Source: Flavobacteriia bacterium
GTDB lineage: Bacteria > Bacteroidota > Bacteroidia > Flavobacteriales > Weeksellaceae
Reading direction: 5' to 3'
DNA: 64,000 nucleotides
NCBI GenBank assembly: GCA_015999765.1
Contig: JAECQR010000010.1
Span: forward strand, 3,048 to 67,047
A model generated the notes under the pieces. The model saw only the letters and a list, made by a program, of their open reading frames with translations. It did not search any database and had not been told where the DNA came from. Within the stretch, counting starts at the first letter, position 1. Each line of letters starts with the position of its first letter. The position numbers were made by a program, and so were the translations under genes. This document shows, piece after piece, positions 37,004-45,617 of the stretch.

Positions 37004-37028
37004 ATTCAATTCAATTCAATTCAATTCA
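37004..37028. repeat. Pentanucleotide tandem repeat (ATTCA)x5
   Basis: ATTCAATTCAATTCAATTCAATTCA, intergenic. Confidence 0.9.
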
Positions 37029-37227
37029 AATCCTGAGTAGTGATTATGCTGAAGAGTGAATGTTTTCTGGTGATTTCGTCATTAAAAACACCCCAAATCC
37101 ATTCCCGGGATTTATAAAAACATTTGATTAATTTTGCAAGCCGGAAATCTGTGCATCAACTAATGTTATTTCAGTCGATTTACTACACGGTTTCAGGATT
37201 ATTTTGAGTTGTAAAAAATAAAAATTT

Positions 37228-37791
37228 ATGATAGAATTTCTTCAGCAGCCCTGGCCGTGGTATGTCGCGGGACCTTTGATCGGACTGACCGTTCCGGCGC
37301 TACTAGTACTTGGAAATAAATCTTTCGGGATCTCCTCTTCTTTACGACATATCTGCGCATCTTGTCTGCCTGCAAATATTCCTTTCTTTCAGTATAACTG
37401 GAGAAAGGAGGTTTGGAATTTATTCTTTGTTTTCGGAATTTTTGTTGGAGGTATTATAACCTCGGTTCTGTTGACGGGTTCGGATCCTGTTGTGGTTCAT
37501 CCTGCTTTAGCTGAGGAACTGGCAGGTTATGGGATCACCGATTATAACAGTCTGGTTCCTACTCAGCTTATGAACTGGGATGCACTTTTTACTTTACGGG
37601 GTTTAGTGATGATGGTAGGCGGCGGATTCCTCGTAGGATTCGGAACGCGTTATGCAGGCGGATGTACAAGCGGACATTCGATCATGGGAATTGCTAACCT
37701 GCAGCTTCCAAGTCTTATCGCTACGGTCTGTTTTATGATTGGGGGCTTTCTGATGGCCAATGTATTACTTCCGATTATTCTTTCACTTTAA
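37228..37791 (+). CDS. YeeE/YedE family (sulfur-compound transport) membrane protein
   Basis: [37 protein letters not shown]. Confidence 0.88.
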   Translation: MIEFLQQPWPWYVAGPLIGLTVPALLVLGNKSFGISSSLRHICASCLPANIPFFQYNWRKEVWNLFFVFGIFVGGIITSVLLTGSDPVVVHPALAEELAGYGITDYNSLVPTQLMNWDALFTLRGLVMMVGGGFLVGFGTRYAGGCTSGHSIMGIANLQLPSLIATVCFMIGGFLMANVLLPIILSL

Positions 37792-37800
37792 ACCAAAAAA

Positions 37801-38301
37801 ATGCAACAAAACAATACTACAAAAGATGATCTGGAAATAAGATCTTTGGATACCATGTGTGTGAATGAAAGCAAACTGGAGCACCGCGGGTATCATAATT
37901 TAAAATATCTTTTGCTCGGAATTTTCTTCGGGATTGTATTTACAAAAGCCGAAGTGATCAGTTGGTTCCGGATTCAGGAAATGTTCAGACTGCAGTCTTT
38001 TCACATGTACGGAATCATTGGAAGTGCCATTTTGGTGGCCATGGTTTCAATATGGCTTATCAAGAAATTCAACATAAAAACAATTTATGGAGAAGAAATC
38101 GTTTTCCACAAAAAAGAATTTAACAAAGGCCAGATTTATGGCGGACTGATATTCGGTTTCGGTTGGGCAGTAACCGGTGCGTGTCCCGGACCGCTTTTCG
38201 CACAGATTGGGACAGGTGCCACTGCTATAGTGGTAACCCTGCTGAGTGCAATTGCGGGAACATGGGTTTACGGGTACTTCAGAGAAAAATTGCCACACTA
38301 A
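37801..38301 (+). CDS. YeeE/YedE-like (DUF6691) partner membrane protein
   Basis: KAEVISWFRIQEMF, IFGFGWAVTGACPGP. Confidence 0.85.
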   Translation: MQQNNTTKDDLEIRSLDTMCVNESKLEHRGYHNLKYLLLGIFFGIVFTKAEVISWFRIQEMFRLQSFHMYGIIGSAILVAMVSIWLIKKFNIKTIYGEEIVFHKKEFNKGQIYGGLIFGFGWAVTGACPGPLFAQIGTGATAIVVTLLSAIAGTWVYGYFREKLPH

Positions 38302-38347
38302 AATTTAAATCCGCGATATAATCGGGTGATTAACCAGGATTTCAAAT

Positions 38348-38374
38348 AAAAAAACAGCAATTTGCTGTTTTTTT
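38348..38374. terminator. Bidirectional terminator
   Basis: AAAAAAACAGCAA-T-TTGCTGTTTTTTT. Confidence 0.75.
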
Positions 38375-38384
38375 ATGCTGCAGC

Positions 38385-38651
38385 CTATGATTGCTGATCC
38401 AGATTGTTGTACAAATGATGTTCTGAAAGGAAGAGTATCAGATTTGCATCTACCTGCTCTTTGTTCATCATATAGAATTTTTGTGGGTCCGTAAAATCTG
38501 CGCCAGTTCCATTGTGTCCCAGAATAATATCTCTCTCAAATTCTTTGCCCTGTATTTCGAAGGTTACTTTGCGCATGATTACGCCATTTTCTTCAAAAGC
38601 AGTGCCTAATTGAACGATGGTAATTTCGTTTTCCTGAAGTTCTATTTTCAT
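38385..38651 (-). CDS. Hypothetical protein
   Basis: 88-aa ATG ORF directly downstream of and co-oriented with topoisomerase IB. Confidence 0.7.
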   Translation of the reverse strand: MKIELQENEITIVQLGTAFEENGVIMRKVTFEIQGKEFERDIILGHNGTGADFTDPQKFYMMNKEQVDANLILFLSEHHLYNNLDQQS

Positions 38652-38679
38652 GATTTCTGATTTAGAGGTTAATTTTAGT

Positions 38680-39783
38680 TTAAAGCTTTTCGTTTTCCAG
38701 GATTTTCATCACAATATGTTCTTCTTTAGTAAGTCCCGAACTTCCGTCATCGATTTCTATCGCGTCCAGTTCATCCAGATATTTCTTAATCGAACGGTTT
38801 TCATAAAGGTTAATGACTAGCGGATGAACATAATATTTACGGCAGACAGTCGCAGTGTTTCCCAGATTTTCGGCAACCATTTCAAGAGCTTCTTTTACTT
38901 TTGATTTATAACCTGAATCGTTTTCTGCTTCACCGATTTCTTTAAAAGCGATGAGTGCGTTTACGGTGCCAGACCAGGTCCGGAAATCTTTTGCTGTAAA
39001 ATCATCACCGCTGATTTCTTTGATATATTCATTTACCATCCCGGAATCGATTGCATGCCTGCTGCCGTCACTATCGTAATATTGAAAAAGTTCCTTCCCC
39101 GGGATATCTTTGCAGTTCTGTACCGCTTTGGCAAGTTTAGCGTTTTTCAGATCGATATCGTGATAAATTCCTTTTTTTCCCTTGAAGGAAAAATTAATTT
39201 TCTGCCCTTTAATATTGACATGTTTATCTTTTAAAGTCGTTAATCCGAAAGATCCGTAAAGTTTTTCATAAACATTGTTTCCGATACGGATATTGGTTCT
39301 TTCCATAAGACTGACAACAACCGCTAGAACTTTCCTTTTTTCTAAGGTCTTCAGAGAAAGATCCTGTTCCAAATGAAGCCGGATTTGGGGCAGTGCGTAA
39401 CCAAACTGCAGCATTCTGTAAAATTTCGTGTGGTTGCGGAGCGCATTCCAAACAGGATGATATCTGTACTGTTTTCTGCGTTTCGCATCAATACCGGTCG
39501 CCTGAAGATGGCCATTCTGCAAGCCGCAAATCCAGACGTTTTCCCACGCGGGCGGAATCGCAAGTTTATTGATCCGTTGGATTTCATCGTGATCTTTTAT
39601 CTTCTCGCCACCGTTATAATAGACAAATTTCTTACCCCACTTCCGCCGTATAATTCCGTCTGCTTCGCGGTCACTGGTATAAACTAAACTTACCGCTTTA
39701 GCAGATTTTACAGGATCCTTCATGATTTTTACAATCTTCGAGGGACTCAGGGAAATTACAATGTCTGTCTCGGGGTTTTTCAT
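38680..39783 (-). CDS. DNA topoisomerase IB (bacterial/poxvirus type)
   Basis: IPPAWENVWI, QATGIDAKRRKQYRYH, IRIGN, FKGKKG, TAKDFRTW, LGNTATVCRKYYVHP. Confidence 0.95.
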   Translation of the reverse strand: MKNPETDIVISLSPSKIVKIMKDPVKSAKAVSLVYTSDREADGIIRRKWGKKFVYYNGGEKIKDHDEIQRINKLAIPPAWENVWICGLQNGHLQATGIDAKRRKQYRYHPVWNALRNHTKFYRMLQFGYALPQIRLHLEQDLSLKTLEKRKVLAVVVSLMERTNIRIGNNVYEKLYGSFGLTTLKDKHVNIKGQKINFSFKGKKGIYHDIDLKNAKLAKAVQNCKDIPGKELFQYYDSDGSRHAIDSGMVNEYIKEISGDDFTAKDFRTWSGTVNALIAFKEIGEAENDSGYKSKVKEALEMVAENLGNTATVCRKYYVHPLVINLYENRSIKKYLDELDAIEIDDGSSGLTKEEHIVMKILENEKL

Positions 39784-39798
39784 ATCATTATCAGTGTT

Positions 39799-40656
39799 TT
39801 AACCGTTTACAATTTCGCCGCCGTTGGGGTGAAGTACCTGACCGGTCATGTACGAAGAATCATCGCTTGCGAGGAAGAGAAAGCAGGTTGCTACTTCATT
39901 GGGTTCACCTGCACGTTTCATGGGCGTATCACTTCCAAATTCGGAAACTGCTTTTTTAGATAAGGTAGAGGCGATAAGTGGCGTCCATATTGGTCCGGGA
40001 GCAACTGCATTTACCCGAATTCCTTTTTCTGCAAGATTGGCGGACAAACTTCTTGTGAAAGATAATATCGCCCCTTTGGTGGCAGCATAGTCGATCAGGT
40101 GGTCACTTCCGCGGTACGCTGTTACAGAAGTCGTATTGATAATGCAGCTTCCTTTTTTTAAATGTTTCATTGCATATTTAGTGAGCCAGAACAGCGAAAA
40201 AAAATTGGAATGAAAGGTCGTCATCAGCTGTTCCGTACTGATATCCTCAATGCTTTCAGTTTCCCAATGATTAGCTGCGTTGTTTACAAGAATATCAAGT
40301 TTTCCAAACTCAGAAATGGTTTTGCTGATCACTTTTTTACAGTGATTCTCTTTACCGAGATCACCTTTAATAAGAAGGCATTTTCTGCCCAATTCTTCAA
40401 TTTTCTTCCGGGTTTCTTTTGCATCAACGGTTTCACTGAGATAAGGAATTACGATATCTGCACCCTGCGCCGCAAAAATCAATGCAGTCGCTTTGCCGAT
40501 TCCGCTGTCGCCTCCGGTGATAATGGCGGTTTTGCCTTTAAGCTTTTGCTCCTGCTGAACGGGTTCACTTTCTGGAGCGGGATAAAGTTTTTTCTCGAGT
40601 CCCGGTTTGTTCTGTTTCTGCGGAGGCCGGATTTTGGTTTTTGATTTCTTCTGCAT
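39799..40656 (-). CDS. General-stress SDR oxidoreductase (YdaD/YhxC-like)
   Basis: PPQKQNKPG, ITGGDSGIG, DYAATKGAI, VAPGPIWTPLI, GQVLHPNGG. Confidence 0.92.
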   Translation of the reverse strand: MQKKSKTKIRPPQKQNKPGLEKKLYPAPESEPVQQEQKLKGKTAIITGGDSGIGKATALIFAAQGADIVIPYLSETVDAKETRKKIEELGRKCLLIKGDLGKENHCKKVISKTISEFGKLDILVNNAANHWETESIEDISTEQLMTTFHSNFFSLFWLTKYAMKHLKKGSCIINTTSVTAYRGSDHLIDYAATKGAILSFTRSLSANLAEKGIRVNAVAPGPIWTPLIASTLSKKAVSEFGSDTPMKRAGEPNEVATCFLFLASDDSSYMTGQVLHPNGGEIVNG

Positions 40657-40675
40657 ACTCGTTAAATAAGTTTAA

Positions 40676-40840
40676 TTATTTCCTGCCCCGGGAAAACAGC
40701 CAGAAAATGAGACCGATAACTGCAGCGACTAAAATGAACCCCCACCACATACCCGCTTTAAAAATGGTTTCAATGGCGTCGCAGCCGGTTAGGGTAAACA
40801 TTGCTAATAATGCCAGACTTAATAATGTGAATTTTTTCAT
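40676..40840 (-). CDS. 54-aa lipoprotein/membrane peptide (below ORF-track cutoff)
   Basis: Translated by hand: MKKFTLLSLALLAMFTLTGCDAIETIFKAGMWWGFILVAAVIGLIFWLFSRGRK; LTGC lipobox and a second TM helix. Confidence 0.8.
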   Translation of the reverse strand: MKKFTLLSLALLAMFTLTGCDAIETIFKAGMWWGFILVAAVIGLIFWLFSRGRK

Positions 40841-40884
40841 AACAGTGATTTTTAGTGTTTGTATTTATTTTTAGTAATGTGTAT

Positions 40885-41322
40885 CTAAACTCTTTGAAAA
40901 TCAGGATTCCATCCCGTGATGGACTTTTTAATCGTATCACCGGAAAGATTTTTACTCAGCGTGCGCTGCAGTAATATTTTAAACTCATCATCGTGGGTAA
41001 AACGCAAAGCGGCAATCTGATCGAAACTTAACTTCTCCGCTACTTCATCGGATCTTTTTCCAAAAAGTTCAAAATACCTTTGTTTGAATTCAAGAATTAT
41101 AATTCTGTTTTGATTTCCGAGTGCATAGTGTTGCCTGAGCATGATTGCCAGAAATAACAGCAGGAAAATTACGAGGGAAAACAACTGCCAAACCAACGGG
41201 TTCTGCTCATCACTGAAGCTTTTCCATACTCCTAAAACCTGAAGCACCGCCAGAAGCGGTAAATAGACGAAGTGATGCGGCGGATAATATCGTTTATGAT
41301 TGGTGTAATTTTGACTTTCCAT
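40885..41322 (-). CDS. DUF6526 family membrane protein
   Basis: QNYTNHKRYYPPHHF, QNRIIILE, IAALRF, IKKSITGWNPD..RV. Confidence 0.8.
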   Translation of the reverse strand: MESQNYTNHKRYYPPHHFVYLPLLAVLQVLGVWKSFSDEQNPLVWQLFSLVIFLLLFLAIMLRQHYALGNQNRIIILEFKQRYFELFGKRSDEVAEKLSFDQIAALRFTHDDEFKILLQRTLSKNLSGDTIKKSITGWNPDFQRV

Positions 41323-41335
41323 GAAATGGGTCTAT

Positions 41336-41349
41336 CAAATATGTAACCA
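41336..41349 (-). promoter_or_regulatory. Sigma-54-like motif upstream of DUF6526
   Basis: Minus strand TGGTTACATATTTG. Confidence 0.4.
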
Positions 41350-41367
41350 AATCTGCCTGGCCTGCTG

Positions 41368-43908
41368 TTATTCCGTTTCTAAAAGTGAAATTGCCTTCAG
41401 CATATCAAAACCTTTGCCCAGTACCGGTTTGAAGAGATCGCCTTTTTCCTCAATTCTTGCCAATGCGTTTTCAATGTTGAAATCAGTAGGTTTGAGGCCG
41501 ATTTTCAGTTCGTCCCATTCAATGGGCATGGAAACCGGTGCGCCGTTTTTAGGACGGAGGCTGTATACGCTGGCAAGGGTTTGTCCGCGGCGGTTCTGGA
41601 GGTAATCAAGATAAATTTTTCCTTTGTCCCGTTTCTGTAAGGTGCGTTCGAGCGTTGTGATATCCGGAAGTTCTTTCTGCACCATCTGCATCATGATATG
41701 GGCAAAATTTTTAACCTGTTCAAAAGAATACTGTGCGCCCGCCGGGATATAAATGTGGATTCCTGAACTGCCCGATGTTTTGCAGTATCCTTTCATTTTA
41801 GCTTTATCCATTACCTTTTTCACGGTTTGCGCGGTAAGAATTACGTCTTCAAATGTATTGTTGTCTGAAGGATCGAGATCCAGCACCAGGTAATCCGGTT
41901 TATCGGTTGTTTCTTTCCGGCTTGTCCAGACATTAAGCTCGATGCAGCCCAAATTATTAAGATAAGCAATCGTTGCCTTATCGTTGCAGAGGATGTAATT
42001 GATGTATTTATCGGTGGACTCCGAAAATACTTTCTGGGTTTCAATCCAGTCCGGGATTTCGTCTGAGGCGTCTTTCTGATAGAAGCTCATCCCATCTATT
42101 CCATTAGGAAATCGGTTCATCGACTGAGGCCTGTCTTTCAGGTGAGGCAGAATATATTTTGCAACGCTTTGGTAATAAGCAATCACGTCGCCTTTGGTAA
42201 CCTGATCTTTCGGGAAATAAATTTTATTCTGGTTGGTGAGTTTCACTTCCTGCTTTCCAAATTTCTGCAGCTGCTCATTTTCTCTTTTCATAACTGATTT
42301 TTTTAATGGTACTGGATCAGCGACATATTTTTCTTCATCTTTCTTGAAATTAAGATCTTTGGGATTAAGATCCTCTCTGAGCCTTAGAAAAACAGGATGT
42401 CGGAAGATATGGTCACTTGTAAGTTCCGTGAATTTAATTTCAGCAATAAGTTCAGGTTTGAGCCAGGTCGGTTTATCGTTGGTCTTCGGTGTTGTCGCAA
42501 AAGGTGGCTTATCTGTAATCAGCGGTTCCATTTTTTCGTAGAGCTCTACAAGGCCTTTATCACTGAAGCCGGTACCGGTATGTCCGCAAAAAATAAGTTC
42601 ATCACCATCATAACGGCCGAGAACTAGTGATCCAAATTTCTTGCGGCTGCCTTTGGGAGCGGTAAATCCACAGATAAGGACTTCTTCGGTCTTCTGGCTT
42701 TTAATTTTCAGCCAGTCGCCATTTCGGATGCCGCGGTGGTAAGTGCTGTCTATTTTCTTCGCGATCATGCCTTCCAGTTCCATTTTTTCTACCAGCCGGA
42801 AAAATTTTTCTCCGTTTTCCAGGACATGATCATGGTATTTGATGTATTCGGTTTCTACCAAAGCGTCTTTCAGAAGTTCCTTCCTTTGGATGAGACTAAG
42901 GTTTTCGGTGGAATGACCGTTGAGCCATAAGAGGTCAAAAACCTGATAAATCACGTTTAGGTTGGGATTATCGCCAATCCGCTGCAACCACTGGAAATTC
43001 GGCTTTCCCTGATCATCATACGCAACAAGTTCGCCGTCCAGAATCATTTCGTGTTCCTGAAACTTTAGTGAATTACTCACTTTCTTAAACTTTTCGACAT
43101 ACGACAGCCCGTTTCTGGAATACAGCTGAATATCTTTCCTGAGGTCTGCTACAGCCCGGTAGCCATCCCATTTTATTTCAAAAGCCCAGGCGGGTGAGGT
43201 GAAAGGTTTATCAGTTGTACCCGCGAGCATCGGATTGATGAACCTGGTAAGTTTTTTCTCGCCGCTCAGTGCTGGAGTATAGTTTCGGTAAGCTTTTACA
43301 ACCTCAGGCTTTTTCTCAACTTTTTTTACTTTTTTTTTTGAATTTAAGTAAGCGGTTACTTTCGAATCTTCGGTGGTGTTTTCTTCAGCGTCATAATGGT
43401 CTGTCGCAAATTTATCCCTGTGTTTAATCAGGAGCCAGGGCTCTCCGCTGTCAGAATTTTTAATTTTTACCAGTGCAAATTCGCCTTTCAGTTTTTTACC
43501 GTGAAGGATGAATTTCAGAGAACCTTTATGCAATTCTGCCTGCATAAGCAGATCATCGGTTTTACCTTTCACTTTTTCCAGAGGTTCGTAGGTTCCTTCG
43601 TCCCAGATTTCTACTTCGCCGGCGCCGTAATTTCCCTCAGGTATGCTTCCTTCAAAACTGCGGTAAGCAAAAGGATGGTCTTCAACCATCATCGCCAGGC
43701 GTTTGTCCTCCGGATTTAAGGAAGGTCCTTTCGGGACAGCCCAACTTTTCAGCACGCCATCCATCTCGAGGCGGAAATCATAATGTAACCTGCTGGCGGC
43801 ATGACGCTGAATCACAAATTTCAGTTTTCCTTTGCTGCTCTGGGATTTTCCTTTGGGTTCTGCCGTCTGTTTGAAATCCCGTTTTTCGTTGTATTTCTCT
43901 AATGGCAT
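41368..43908 (-). CDS. ligD: NHEJ DNA ligase D (phosphoesterase-ligase-polymerase)
   Basis: FVIQRHAASRLHYDFRLE (PE); FEIKWDGYR, EGMIAK, WLKIK (ligase); LDLDPS, KTSGSSGIHI, DYLQN (polymerase). Confidence 0.96.
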   Translation of the reverse strand: MPLEKYNEKRDFKQTAEPKGKSQSSKGKLKFVIQRHAASRLHYDFRLEMDGVLKSWAVPKGPSLNPEDKRLAMMVEDHPFAYRSFEGSIPEGNYGAGEVEIWDEGTYEPLEKVKGKTDDLLMQAELHKGSLKFILHGKKLKGEFALVKIKNSDSGEPWLLIKHRDKFATDHYDAEENTTEDSKVTAYLNSKKKVKKVEKKPEVVKAYRNYTPALSGEKKLTRFINPMLAGTTDKPFTSPAWAFEIKWDGYRAVADLRKDIQLYSRNGLSYVEKFKKVSNSLKFQEHEMILDGELVAYDDQGKPNFQWLQRIGDNPNLNVIYQVFDLLWLNGHSTENLSLIQRKELLKDALVETEYIKYHDHVLENGEKFFRLVEKMELEGMIAKKIDSTYHRGIRNGDWLKIKSQKTEEVLICGFTAPKGSRKKFGSLVLGRYDGDELIFCGHTGTGFSDKGLVELYEKMEPLITDKPPFATTPKTNDKPTWLKPELIAEIKFTELTSDHIFRHPVFLRLREDLNPKDLNFKKDEEKYVADPVPLKKSVMKRENEQLQKFGKQEVKLTNQNKIYFPKDQVTKGDVIAYYQSVAKYILPHLKDRPQSMNRFPNGIDGMSFYQKDASDEIPDWIETQKVFSESTDKYINYILCNDKATIAYLNNLGCIELNVWTSRKETTDKPDYLVLDLDPSDNNTFEDVILTAQTVKKVMDKAKMKGYCKTSGSSGIHIYIPAGAQYSFEQVKNFAHIMMQMVQKELPDITTLERTLQKRDKGKIYLDYLQNRRGQTLASVYSLRPKNGAPVSMPIEWDELKIGLKPTDFNIENALARIEEKGDLFKPVLGKGFDMLKAISLLETE
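43330..43339 (-). repeat. A10 homopolymer in the ligD PE-ligase linker
   Basis: Coding strand TCA AAA AAA AAA GTA AAA AAA GTT GAG. Confidence 0.9.
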
Positions 43909-43935
43909 GTTCTGAAAGTTTTATTACGTTATTAT

Positions 43936-44715
43936 TTAGCCGGCCTTGGCTTTTCCGGCTTCCAGACTTGCTTTCAACTGTGCCATTAGGTCGGTTGCTT
44001 TTGCGGAAACCTCCTCTTTGGTCTCGGTTTTTTTCACTTTTCCTTTTGATTTAGCTTTGATGATGGCCATTAAATCATCATTATAAGTGTTTTTATATTT
44101 CGCAGGATCAAATTTTGTCGCGCGCTGTTTGATGAGTGATTCCGCCATTTCCAGTTCGTCAGCTTTGGGATTTTTAGCGCTAGGAATTTTCAGGTCTTCA
44201 AAACTTCTGAGTTCTTCCGGATAGCGCATCCTGTTAACCATGAGGATTTTGTCTTCGTAAGGCCGCACAAGACAAAGAATTTCTTTTTCTCGGAGGATGA
44301 AAGTTCCTATACCTGCCATTTTAGTTTTTAAAAGTGCTTTCAACAGCAGTTTATATGCTTCTTCACCGTTCTTTTGTGGTTCCAGAAAGTAGGAGGACTC
44401 AAAATAAGCACTGTCAATTTCGTGAACGTCTACAAACTGTTTAATGTTCAGGATTTTCGATTTTTCGGGATTTACTTCGTCGAAATCTTCTTTTGTGAGG
44501 ACCACGTAGCTGTCTTCGAGTTTATAACCTTTTACAATATTTTCCCATTTTACTTCCTTTCCGGTTGTCGCATTTACTCTCTTAAAATTAATATTGGAAA
44601 GATCGTCCTTGTCCAGCATGTCGAGATCGAGGTTGCTTTCCCCGGTCGCGGAATAAAGTTTGATGGGAATATTAACGAGCCCGAATCCGATGGCTCCGTT
44701 CCAGATTGCTCTCAT
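43936..44715 (-). CDS. ku: NHEJ Ku protein
   Basis: MRAIWNGAIGFGLVNIPIKLY, IVKGY, YFLEP, DLMAQLKASL; start moved to 44715. Confidence 0.96.
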   Translation of the reverse strand: MRAIWNGAIGFGLVNIPIKLYSATGESNLDLDMLDKDDLSNINFKRVNATTGKEVKWENIVKGYKLEDSYVVLTKEDFDEVNPEKSKILNIKQFVDVHEIDSAYFESSYFLEPQKNGEEAYKLLLKALLKTKMAGIGTFILREKEILCLVRPYEDKILMVNRMRYPEELRSFEDLKIPSAKNPKADELEMAESLIKQRATKFDPAKYKNTYNDDLMAIIKAKSKGKVKKTETKEEVSAKATDLMAQLKASLEAGKAKAG

Positions 44716-44741
44716 AAAAGTTGGTTTTGATTTTAGACCAT

Positions 44742-44755
44742 CAAAAATGCGTCCA
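44742..44755 (-). promoter_or_regulatory. Sigma-54-like motif upstream of ku
   Basis: Minus strand TGGACGCATTTTTG, 27 nt upstream of the ATG. Confidence 0.45.
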
Positions 44756-44795
44756 ATCAAACGCGGAGTTTTTAACTTTGATATCATTAGAACCT

Positions 44796-45569
44796 ATGAA
44801 AATTGCAACCTATAATGTAAACGGCGTAAATGGCCGCCTGCCTATACTGCTGAAATGGCTGAAAGAAAAAGCGCCGGATGTCGTATGTCTCCAGGAACTT
44901 AAAGCACCTCAGGAAAAATTTCCGGAAGCTGAAATCCTTGATGCCGGATATCACGCAGTGTGGCTCGGACAGAAAAGCTGGAATGGAGTAGCAGTGCTCT
45001 CCAGAAAGGGTAAACCGGAGATTTCCCGTAAAAAACTGCCTGGAGATGATGACGACGATGCAAGCCGCTATCTGGAGGTGAAGATTGATGATTTAATTAT
45101 TGCATGCATTTATCTGCCTAATGGAAACCCGGTTCCCGGTCCAAAGTTTGATTATAAAATGAAGTGGTTTGAACGCCTCGATGCCCATGCTGAAATGCTT
45201 GTGACTTCAAATAAGAAAGTGCTTTTGATAGGAGATTTCAACGTGATACCAACAGAGAAGGACGTATATAAACCTGAGAAGTTTGCTAAAGATGCGCTTT
45301 TTCTGCCGGAAGTGCGAGAGGCTTTTAAAAATTTGGTCGATCAGGGTTGGACTGATGCTTTGAGATACCTGTACCCGGATGAAACCATCTATACCTTCTG
45401 GGATTATTTCCGTAATGCTTATGAAAGAAATGCGGGTTTAAGAATTGATCATTTTTTACTGTCAAGCGAAGTGCTTCCTCATCTAAAAAAAGCCGGTGTC
45501 GACAAAGAAGTGCGGGGTTGGGAAAAATCAAGCGATCATGCGCCGGTCTGGATTGAACTTGGTAAATAA
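44796..45569 (+). CDS. xth: Exodeoxyribonuclease III
   Basis: MKIATYNVNG, LQELK, YLPNG, GDFN, RIDH, SDHAPV; TAACTTTG promoter at 44773-44780 supports the start at 44796. Confidence 0.95.
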   Translation: MKIATYNVNGVNGRLPILLKWLKEKAPDVVCLQELKAPQEKFPEAEILDAGYHAVWLGQKSWNGVAVLSRKGKPEISRKKLPGDDDDDASRYLEVKIDDLIIACIYLPNGNPVPGPKFDYKMKWFERLDAHAEMLVTSNKKVLLIGDFNVIPTEKDVYKPEKFAKDALFLPEVREAFKNLVDQGWTDALRYLYPDETIYTFWDYFRNAYERNAGLRIDHFLLSSEVLPHLKKAGVDKEVRGWEKSSDHAPVWIELGK

Positions 45570-45571
45570 AA

Positions 45572-45597
45572 AAACGTTCAGCTTTTACTGAACGTTT
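45572..45597. terminator. Terminator between convergent xth and peptidase genes
   Basis: AAACGTTCAG-N6-CTGAACGTTT. Confidence 0.65.
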
Positions 45598-45617
45598 CCG
45601 TATATGAAGGTATGAAA

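Noticed and set aside
37004-37028. Possible CRISPR array
   Set aside because: A 5-bp unit with no spacers, and no cas genes anywhere in the window.
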